Shown here piece after piece: positions 9,251-17,156 of a DNA stretch of 64,000 nucleotides. Numbering within the stretch: the first letter of the stretch is position 1; the number at the start of each line of letters is the position of its first letter. Source of the DNA: Planctomycetota bacterium. GTDB taxonomy: Bacteria; Planctomycetota; MHYJ01; WSZJ01. A program made the position numbers and the translations under genes. The notes beneath the pieces were generated by a model. The model was not told the DNA's origin, searched no databases, and was given only the letters and a program-made list of their open reading frames with translations. The stretch is from NCBI GenBank assembly GCA_038060895.1, contig JBBTCT010000001.1, positions 96,001 to 160,000 of the forward strand, given 5' to 3'.

Positions 9251-10144
9251 ATGAAAAAAACCGCCACCATCGTTCTCGCACTGTCGGCGCTCGTCCTCGC
9301 GTCGCCTCCCGACCGGACGGTCTGGAACACGATCAAACCATCCGGCTCGCCGAAGGCCGTGAAACTGGTGGTCGCCGGCAAGCCGCTGACCTACTACGCG
9401 CTGGACGGCGAAGGAATCAGCGCCCGCGTGAAGGGCCCCTCGCGCCTGCGGATTTCGCTGCGGGGTCACTTCGGCCAGGGCGACGCCAGCCCGCGGGACA
9501 TCACTTTGAGCGTCGCGATGGATGGCGGAGACGCGAAGACGACAAAGAAGGCGTGCTCCCGCTCGAAGACGGCGTCCTACGCGGAGGGGGCGGAGGGGGA
9601 ATCGCCGGGGGGCCGCGAGGAACTGATCCTGGACGTGCCGGAGGGGGAACACACGTTTGTCGCGAAGACCGACGCGCGAGCGTGCGGCGCCTTCGCCATC
9701 CCTTCGAAGAAGAAGAAAATCCTCCGCACCGAAATGACGCCGACGGGATTCGACAAGGCGGCGGAAGAAGTCTTCGAAGAGCGAGAGCGCACCTGGTATT
9801 TCGCGAAGCAGGACAAGCCTGTCGCGCTCGAGGTCACGGGTCCGACCACGCTGAAGATCTACACGGCGCTGAATTTCGATTCCTCGATGCGCACGGCGAC
9901 GGAATGGAAACTGGAAGCGACCGTGGACGGGGCCGCGGTGGCGGAGAAAACATGGAAGAGCAGCCGGAGCCACACGCGCAGCTACCCGGACGAGAAGAGC
10001 GTGGTTCCGGGACAGATGGAGACGTTTGACCTCGCGATCCCGGAGGGCCGGCACAAGATCGAGATTCGCCCGCGCGGAAGCGTTTCGGCTGCCATCCGGG
10101 TCCAGATCCCGACGGGCGACCTCGACAAAGGCGGCAAGAAGTAG
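9251..10144 (+). CDS. Secreted protein with two tandem copies of an uncharacterised beta-rich domain
   Basis: Signal peptide MKKTATIVLALSALVLA; internal repeats ending DVPEGEH and AIPEGRH. Confidence 0.7.
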   Translation: MKKTATIVLALSALVLASPPDRTVWNTIKPSGSPKAVKLVVAGKPLTYYALDGEGISARVKGPSRLRISLRGHFGQGDASPRDITLSVAMDGGDAKTTKKACSRSKTASYAEGAEGESPGGREELILDVPEGEHTFVAKTDARACGAFAIPSKKKKILRTEMTPTGFDKAAEEVFEERERTWYFAKQDKPVALEVTGPTTLKIYTALNFDSSMRTATEWKLEATVDGAAVAEKTWKSSRSHTRSYPDEKSVVPGQMETFDLAIPEGRHKIEIRPRGSVSAAIRVQIPTGDLDKGGKK

Positions 10145-10209
10145 CTCAGAGCGCCGAAATTTGACCAGCAGAGATCCGCAGCCGGCGGATAGAGCCGCCG
10201 CGAACGTTT

Positions 10210-11139
10210 TCAGGTCTTTACAGGTTCCGCTTCCCCGGCCTGTGGCGCTTCCTTTGCGCGCGAAGTCGTGATCAGCGCGACGGCCCCGATGACGAGGGCC
10301 CCGGCTGCGACGGTCCAGGCCGACGGAGTTTCGTGGTTGAAGGCCCAGCCGAGCAGAACGGCGACGAACGGGTTGACGTAGGCGTAGGACGTCGCGACGA
10401 CCGGCGAGGTCTCCCGGAGGAGCCAGACGAACGCCGTGAACCCGACGATCGAGCCGAACACGGCCAGGTAAGCCATCGCGAGCACGGATTTCGTCGTGAC
10501 GGCGCCGGGGTCGAAGCGCCCCCACTCCCCTGCCGCCGCGCCGACGGCGACCAGGAGCGCGCCCCCCGCGATCATTTCCATCGCCGTTGCGAGCAGCATC
10601 GATTCCGGCAGGCGGACCCGCTTCGAGAGGACGGAGCCCAGCGCCCACGAAGCGGCTGCGAAGAGGAGAGCGCCTGCGCCGGCAGGGTCGACGGCGCCGG
10701 ATTGCCACGGGCGGACGAGCAGGGCTACGCCTGCGAGGCCGATGACGATTCCCGCGACGACGCGGAATCCCGGGAGCCGGCCACCCGGCAGAAGCGCTCC
10801 TATGGCGACGGCCCAGAGAGGCACTGTCGCGATGATGAGCGAAGCGAGCCCGGACGGAACGGTCTTTTCGGCCCAGCACACGGCTCCATTCCCGCCGAGC
10901 AGCATCAGCCCGCCGACGAGCGACGCGCCGGGCCAGTGCGCGGCCTGGACGCGCACGCCGGTGCGAACTTTCACGAACGCCATCATCGCGGCGCCCGCGA
11001 TGAAAAACCGGACGCCGGCCATCGAAAACGGGGGGAGGCTGTCGATGGCGAAACGGATCGCGAGGTAGGTGGAGCCCCAGATGAGGTAGACGGAGGAGAG
11101 GGCGAGGGCGATGCGGGAGGCGGGGGCGCGCGGGGGCAT
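10210..11139 (-). CDS. EamA/DMT family transporter (YedA-like)
   Basis: VYLIWGSTYLAIR, YLAVFGSIVGFTAF, SYAYVNP; about 10 TM helices. Confidence 0.9.
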   Translation of the reverse strand: MPPRAPASRIALALSSVYLIWGSTYLAIRFAIDSLPPFSMAGVRFFIAGAAMMAFVKVRTGVRVQAAHWPGASLVGGLMLLGGNGAVCWAEKTVPSGLASLIIATVPLWAVAIGALLPGGRLPGFRVVAGIVIGLAGVALLVRPWQSGAVDPAGAGALLFAAASWALGSVLSKRVRLPESMLLATAMEMIAGGALLVAVGAAAGEWGRFDPGAVTTKSVLAMAYLAVFGSIVGFTAFVWLLRETSPVVATSYAYVNPFVAVLLGWAFNHETPSAWTVAAGALVIGAVALITTSRAKEAPQAGEAEPVKT

Positions 11140-11180
11140 GGGTGGGCGAAGGAATACGATGGGAGGGGGGAAAGTGCAAG

Positions 11181-11347
11181 GGGAACGGAAGGGGATGGGG
11201 AATGACGGGATCGGGATTGGAGGGGATGGGGATCGGGATGGGGATGGGGAAACGACATCCTCGAAAGTGCGTCGCTGCCCCATCCCCATCCCAATCCCTA
11301 GCCCCCCCCAGCCCCAGCCCGTCCTCCCCCATCCCCTGCCGTTTTCC
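11181..11347. repeat. G-rich palindromic (MITE/REP-like) element, copy 1
   Basis: GGGGAT/GGGATC hexamer arms; right end CCCCATCCCCTGCCGTTTTCC (11327-11347) identical to copy 2. Confidence 0.8.
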
Positions 11348-12569
11348 CCGCCGCACACTCCCCCGCCAGCCATCCCGTACTGAACGCCCCCTGAAAGTTG
11401 TATCCCCCGATCCACCCGTCGAGGTCCAGGATCTCGCCGGCGAAGTAGAGGCCAGCATTCTTCCGGCTCTCGCAGGTGCGCGGATCGACTTCCTCGAGCG
11501 CGACGCCGCCGGCCGTGACCTCCGCCTTCTCGAATCCAAGCGTCCCTGAAAGCGGCGCCGGCAGCCGCTTCAGTAGTTTCACGACGGTTGTGCGCTCTGC
11601 GCGTGACAGCTCGGACGCGCGCCGGTCCGCGGGAATACCCGCGACGGACAACACGACGTCCGCAATGCTGCGCGGCACGCGCTCTCCGAGAATCGTTGCG
11701 ACCAGCCGCTTCCCGCCGAGAGACGCCTCGCCGACGAGCCACTGATCGAGCTCGGGGGATTTCACGTCGGGGAGGAGATCGATGCCCAGGAACAGTTCCT
11801 GCGGCCTCGGATGGCCGCTGACTTCGCGCGAGAGATCCATCGGGACGGGGCCCGTCGCGCCGAAATGCGCGAAAAGCAGCGGGCCGCGGCGGCGGGCAAG
11901 GACGCCGGGGCCGAGGATGACGCCCTCCACGTCGGGAAGCGTCACACCGGCCAGCGCGCGGACCCACGCCGCCGGGGACGCGATCGGCGTCAGCGCGGGG
12001 CGCGGAGTCACGATCCGGTGGCCGAGCCGCTCCGCCCAGCGGTAGCCGTCCCCCGTCGTGCCCACCGCCGCATAAGATTTCCCGCCCGTCGTCACGATGA
12101 CTTTCGGAGCGCGCACTTCGCCTTCGCCCGTACGGAGGAGGAATTCGCCGGGAAGCGCTTCCAGGTCCTTGAGCGGGCGGCCGCACTCGAGCGTCGCGCC
12201 GCTGCGCTCGAAGCGCTGCATGAGCGCGCCGAGGACGTCGCGCGACTGGCCGGAGACGGGGAAGATCTTGCCCCGGTCCTCGACCTGCGTCGGCACGCCT
12301 TCGTCCTCGATCATCTTGACGACGTCGCGCGGCCCGAGCCCGCGAAGGGCGTCGCGGAGCCACCGGCCGTTGGCGCCGAAGGCCTCCATGATCCCGGCTG
12401 AGCCGCAATCGTGCGTCACGTTGCAACGCGTCCCGCCGGAGATCAGAATCTTTACCCCGGGGCGGCGGTTCTTTTCGAGAAGGACCACCTTCTTTCCCAG
12501 TTCAGCAGCCCGCGTCGCGGCGAGAATCCCCGCGGCGCCGGCCCCCACGACAGCGACGTCCCATGTCAT
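11298..12569 (-). CDS. HI0933/YhiN/BaiN-family NAD(P)/FAD-dependent oxidoreductase
   Basis: VVGAGAAG, KILISGGTRCNVT, TTGGKSY..GTTGDG, VTAGGV, GEILDLDGWIGGYNFQ. Confidence 0.9.
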   Translation of the reverse strand: MTWDVAVVGAGAAGILAATRAAELGKKVVLLEKNRRPGVKILISGGTRCNVTHDCGSAGIMEAFGANGRWLRDALRGLGPRDVVKMIEDEGVPTQVEDRGKIFPVSGQSRDVLGALMQRFERSGATLECGRPLKDLEALPGEFLLRTGEGEVRAPKVIVTTGGKSYAAVGTTGDGYRWAERLGHRIVTPRPALTPIASPAAWVRALAGVTLPDVEGVILGPGVLARRRGPLLFAHFGATGPVPMDLSREVSGHPRPQELFLGIDLLPDVKSPELDQWLVGEASLGGKRLVATILGERVPRSIADVVLSVAGIPADRRASELSRAERTTVVKLLKRLPAPLSGTLGFEKAEVTAGGVALEEVDPRTCESRKNAGLYFAGEILDLDGWIGGYNFQGAFSTGWLAGECAAGKTAGDGGGRAGAGGG

Positions 12570-12645
12570 GGGGAGGAATGTTCGCACAGCGGCGAATCCT
12601 TCCTAGCCCCTTTCCCCGGGGTTAGCATTAAAAGTTTGTGAACCC

Positions 12646-15600
12646 ATGACGACCAACACCTCCCTTCTGAACGGCCGGTACCAGGTCATCCGCACGCTTG
12701 GCCGCGGCGGGATGGGGGTCGTTTTCGAAGTGATGGACCAGGTTCGCAAAGAGGTGCTGGCGCTGAAGACCGTGCGCGCCGATCGCTTGCCGAACGTCGA
12801 GCTGTTCCGTCACGAGTTCCTGCTGCTGTCGCGGTTCCGCCACCCGAACATCGAGCGCGTTTACGACTTCGGGAAGCTGGAGCCCGAAAACGACTATTTC
12901 TTCACGGCCGAGAGAGTGGACGGGAAAAACCTGTTCGAGGCGACGGAAAACGTCGACCTCGCGCGCTGCCTCGACCTCGCGGCGCAGGTCGCGCGCGCGC
13001 TGTCTTTCATGCACGAGCGCGGGCTGGTCCACCGCGACGTGAAGCCCGCGAACATCCTCGTGCCGGACTTCGGGCCGACGCGCGTCATCGACTTCGGCAT
13101 CGCGAAACCGCTCGACGACCTCGGCGAGGTCGCCGGCACGCTCGGGTACCTCGCCCCCGAGGCCCTCCGCGGCCAGCCCTTCGACCACCGCGTCGACCTG
13201 TATGCCCTCGGCGTCACGCTCTACGTCATTCTCGGCCGCATGCCGCCCTTCGAAGGCGTCACGACCACCGAAATCATCAGCTGCCACCTCCAAGAACAGC
13301 CCCGCCCGCTGCGCGAGATCAACCCATCGATCCCCACGCGCGTCGAAGCGATCGTCATGCGCCTCCTGCAGAAAGATCCCGGCGACCGCTTCCAGAGCGC
13401 CGATGAAGTCGCCAACGAGCTCGCCATGGCCGCGGGGCAGTCGCCGTCGCTCGAGATGCGCAAGACGGTGGACGGGTTTCTGGGAAGCGGCACGCTGGTG
13501 GGGCGAGATCACGTGCTGAAGAAGATGATGGACGCGATGGCGGCGCGCGCGCGGATGCTGCTGCGGCACGGCGAGGTGACGCGCGAGTTCGGGCGGCGGT
13601 CCGGGAACGCGCCGGTCCCGTGCGCGTACGCGGTTGTCGGCGAATCCGGGTGCGGCAAGACGCGCTTCCTCAGGGAATTCCGCATCCAGTGCCAGGTGCG
13701 CGGCGTGGCCTGCTACGAGGGGGAGCCGGACGGGACGCGGCTGGGGGCGTGGTCACGCGTGCTGGCGGCGATGGCCGCGATGCGCGGGGGCGGGCCGCCC
13801 GAGGGGGACCCGTTGCCGTTCATCCTCGACACGGCGCGCATGAAGGCGTGCGCGATCCTGATCGACAACTTTGAAGAGGCGGACGAGGACTCGCGCGACC
13901 TGCTGTCGCGGCTGGTGAACATGATGAAGCTGGCGCCCGCGGACGACCCGGTGCCGGCGCTGGTGGTGACGGCGTCGAAGCCGGGGATGCCGATTCCCGG
14001 CGACCCGGTCACGCTGGACCCGATCGACGCGAAGGGCGCGACGTCGATGGTGAAGTCGATGTTCGGCGTGACGATCCCGCCGGTGGTCTCCGAGCGTCTG
14101 GCGAGCGAGACGGGCGGAAATCCGGCGTTCATCGAGGAAACCGTGAGGTGGTGGGTCTCGACGCGGAAATTCCGGCGCACCAACCGCGGATGGATCCTCG
14201 GCGACGTCGCGCGCGAGGACGTCGTCCCCGCTTCGCTCCACGAAGCGCTCAGCGCCCGCCTCGACAAGATGCAGCCCGCCGAGAAGGAAGCTGCGCTCAC
14301 GCTTGCCGTTCTCGGCCGCCCGATCTCCGTCGCCCACCTCGGCACCCTGTTCGGCCTCCCCGAGGCCGACGCCGCCGCCATCGGCCTCTCGCTGACCGCA
14401 TCCGGCGTAGCCGTCACCGACGCCTCCCGCGTCAACATCCGGTCGCGCTTCCCCGACGCCGGCCTTCGAATCGCCGAGGGATCCGGATGGAAAGGCTTCA
14501 CCGCGGCGCACGGGCGCGCCGCCGCAGTTCTCGAGAAAGACGGCCACGGCGGCACCCCCGCTTACGCGCTTCACCTCCTCCAGTCCGGCGACACCCTGGG
14601 CATTCCCGCGGCTCTTCGGCTCGTCGATTCCTCGCACGTGCCGCCGTCCGAGGTGGCGCGGTTGGCCGAAGCCGTGCTGGCGTGGCCGATGCCGACCGCC
14701 CTGGAATCGTTCGCGCGGCGGCGGTGGGCGATGGCGGAGGTCCGGCGCGGACGGCCGGAAGCGGCGAGGACGATCCTGACGCGGGCGATCGACACGGCGG
14801 GATCGGCGGCAGGAGTCGCGCACGGACGGCTGCTGCTGGCGCTGACGCTGATGCGGCTCGGGAAAGCCGCGGAGGCGCGTGTCGAGTATGAAGCGGTCGC
14901 CGGCGCGGCCAGCGCGACGCCGGACGCGAGGCTGCGCGGTCTCGCGGCGCGCGTCGCCGGGGAACTCGCGCTGGCGGACGGACGGCCCGAAGAAGCCGCG
15001 CAGCGGCTCGCCGACGCGGCGACCTCCGGCGGCGACGACGACGATTCAACGGGCGAAATCCTCGAACGGCAGGCGAACGCGCTCGAGGCCTGCGGCCGCA
15101 CGCAGGAAGCACTTCATGCGATCGAGGACGCCATCGCGCTCTGCTCGCTCTCAGGCGACCGCGACCTCGTCGTGAACTGCGAGCGCACGCGCGGCCGCGT
15201 CCTTCGCCGCGTCGGCCGCCACGCGGACGCGCTGGCCGCCTTCGAGCGCGCCCTCGAGATCCGCCAGCGCATGTCCGAGCAGGGAGACCTGCAGCACCTC
15301 CACACGGAAATCGCCCTCATCCACCTCCAGTGCGGCCGCGCCTCGCTCGCGCTCGCCTCCTCGGAACGCGCCGTCTCCGCTTCCAGGAAGGCCGGCGATC
15401 CTCGCGCCGAGGCCCGCGCCCTCTTCGCCCTCGAGGCCGCCTGCCTCCGGCTCGGGCACGCCACACGCGCCGAGGAACTGCTGGGGCAGGCCGAAGCGCT
15501 TCAGGGAGCCGGGGCCGAGGGACGCGTGCTGCTGCGCCGAGCGGAGCTGGCGCTGTTCCGCGGGAGGATCGGGGAAGCGCGGCAGCTGCTGGACCGGTCG

Positions 15601-16716
15601 GATCTCCTGCTGCCGCGCACGGACACGGAGCGGTGCTCGCTGGGCGTCCGGCTGCAGATTGCAGAGGGGAAGACCGGGCAGGCGCAGGCCTCCGCCGACT
15701 CGCTGGTGGACATGCTCGACAGGACGCACGCTTCGCCGGACGACCGCGCCGCGGCGCGGGCGCTGGCGGGCGAAGCGTTTTTTGCCGCGGGGTGGATCGC
15801 ACGGGCGCACGAGCGCTGGTCGCGGGCGTTCCAGGAAGCGTCGGCGCCGCCGCCGCGGGTGGCCGCGGCGCTGGGGCTCGCGCGCACGGCGCACGAGTGC
15901 GGCCGGCCGGCGCTCGGACTGGAGTGCCTGGCGTGGGCGCGTGAAGCGGCGGAGGGGATGGACGATCCGGCGATGCTCGCGGAATTCGCGCTCGCGGAAG
16001 CGTCGCTCTGCTCTTTCGAAGGACGTCACGCCGACGCGCTCGCGGCCGCCGAGCGGGCGATCGTCTTCGCCCGGCAGGTCGGCATCCCGCTCGCCGAGGC
16101 GCGCGCCCTCATCGCCCGGATCGGCATCTACGAAACCCTCGGCGCCTTCTCGCGCGCCGCCGAGGACGCAACCCACCTCCCCAAGGTCGATCAGCCCACC
16201 ACCCGCGCTTCCGCCCGCGCCGCCCTCGTCCGCCTCGGCCGCTGGACGACCATTCCGCTGCCGCCGCAGGAGACGCGCGCGCTCATCGACCAGGAGGCCA
16301 CGGACTTCTGGGGACGGCTCGATCTGCTTGCCGCCCGCGCGGGGACGGATGCCGCGGCTGCACGCGAAGGTCTCGCCCTCTGCCGCCATGCCGGGGCCGG
16401 GGGGCGCGGCGCCTGGTTCCACCTGATCATCGCCCAGCACGACGCAAGCCACGCCCTCCGCCACACGCGCGCCGCCTTCGCCCGGGGCGCCGAGGAAGTC
16501 AAATGGCGAAGCTTCGCCGTCCAGGCGCGGCTGGCTTCGAAGCGAGGGGCCGCGGGAGAAGCGCAGGATTGGCTTCGCCAGGCGGGCGAGCGCGTCGCGA
16601 TGATCGCGCCGCGATGCGGGCCGTTCGGGACCCAATACCTGTCCCACCCGGAGCGGGCGCTTCTGCCCCGCCCCGGCGGGCTGACGCAGGTCCTCGGGAA
16701 CATCGTCGACGAGTAA
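12646..16716 (+). CDS. Hanks-type Ser/Thr kinase fused to a P-loop (AAA_16/STAND-like) ATPase and TPR array
   Basis: LGRGGMG, HRDVKPAN, DFG, APE; Walker A GESGCGKT; GGNPAF; Ala-rich TPR-like C-terminus. Confidence 0.85.
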   Translation: MTTNTSLLNGRYQVIRTLGRGGMGVVFEVMDQVRKEVLALKTVRADRLPNVELFRHEFLLLSRFRHPNIERVYDFGKLEPENDYFFTAERVDGKNLFEATENVDLARCLDLAAQVARALSFMHERGLVHRDVKPANILVPDFGPTRVIDFGIAKPLDDLGEVAGTLGYLAPEALRGQPFDHRVDLYALGVTLYVILGRMPPFEGVTTTEIISCHLQEQPRPLREINPSIPTRVEAIVMRLLQKDPGDRFQSADEVANELAMAAGQSPSLEMRKTVDGFLGSGTLVGRDHVLKKMMDAMAARARMLLRHGEVTREFGRRSGNAPVPCAYAVVGESGCGKTRFLREFRIQCQVRGVACYEGEPDGTRLGAWSRVLAAMAAMRGGGPPEGDPLPFILDTARMKACAILIDNFEEADEDSRDLLSRLVNMMKLAPADDPVPALVVTASKPGMPIPGDPVTLDPIDAKGATSMVKSMFGVTIPPVVSERLASETGGNPAFIEETVRWWVSTRKFRRTNRGWILGDVAREDVVPASLHEALSARLDKMQPAEKEAALTLAVLGRPISVAHLGTLFGLPEADAAAIGLSLTASGVAVTDASRVNIRSRFPDAGLRIAEGSGWKGFTAAHGRAAAVLEKDGHGGTPAYALHLLQSGDTLGIPAALRLVDSSHVPPSEVARLAEAVLAWPMPTALESFARRRWAMAEVRRGRPEAARTILTRAIDTAGSAAGVAHGRLLLALTLMRLGKAAEARVEYEAVAGAASATPDARLRGLAARVAGELALADGRPEEAAQRLADAATSGGDDDDSTGEILERQANALEACGRTQEALHAIEDAIALCSLSGDRDLVVNCERTRGRVLRRVGRHADALAAFERALEIRQRMSEQGDLQHLHTEIALIHLQCGRASLALASSERAVSASRKAGDPRAEARALFALEAACLRLGHATRAEELLGQAEALQGAGAEGRVLLRRAELALFRGRIGEARQLLDRSDLLLPRTDTERCSLGVRLQIAEGKTGQAQASADSLVDMLDRTHASPDDRAAARALAGEAFFAAGWIARAHERWSRAFQEASAPPPRVAAALGLARTAHECGRPALGLECLAWAREAAEGMDDPAMLAEFALAEASLCSFEGRHADALAAAERAIVFARQVGIPLAEARALIARIGIYETLGAFSRAAEDATHLPKVDQPTTRASARAALVRLGRWTTIPLPPQETRALIDQEATDFWGRLDLLAARAGTDAAAAREGLALCRHAGAGGRGAWFHLIIAQHDASHALRHTRAAFARGAEEVKWRSFAVQARLASKRGAAGEAQDWLRQAGERVAMIAPRCGPFGTQYLSHPERALLPRPGGLTQVLGNIVDE

Positions 16717-16720
16717 ATCC

Positions 16721-17137
16721 ATGCCACCGCTCAAATCCGCCGGATATTCGACTGTCATCCCGTTCCTCGCTGCGAGTGACGTCGAGAAGGCGCTGTCGTT
16801 CTACGAAGCGGTGTTCGGGCTTCGCCGCACGAACGTCAACATTCAGGACGGGAGAATCGTCCACTCGGAAATGGAAAGCGGCGGCGACATCGTGCTGATG
16901 GTCGCCCCCGATGCGATCCACTCCGAGCTGAACCGGTCCCCGGCGTCCCGCGGCGCCGTCTCGCCTTCGGAGATCTTCGTTTTCGTGGCCGACGCCGACC
17001 GTGCGCACGAACAGGCCCTGCTCCATGGCGGCAAGAGCCTGGCCGCGCCCCGCGATGTCCCCTGGGGCGAGCGGCACGCGCTGATCCAGGATCCCGACGG
17101 GTATCGCTGGCTTGTTTCGCAGAATCTCGGCGCCTGA
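16721..17137 (+). CDS. VOC/glyoxalase (PhnB-like) family protein
   Basis: ALSFYEAVFG, PWGER..IQDPDGYRW. Confidence 0.85.
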   Translation: MPPLKSAGYSTVIPFLAASDVEKALSFYEAVFGLRRTNVNIQDGRIVHSEMESGGDIVLMVAPDAIHSELNRSPASRGAVSPSEIFVFVADADRAHEQALLHGGKSLAAPRDVPWGERHALIQDPDGYRWLVSQNLGA

Positions 17138-17156
17138 CCCTCTTCAGGAGTTCGCG

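Noticed and set aside
10983-11549. ORFs with GMGMG/PIPIP low-complexity runs (also 54904-55329)
   Set aside because: These are translations of the hexamer-armed palindromic element, not genes.
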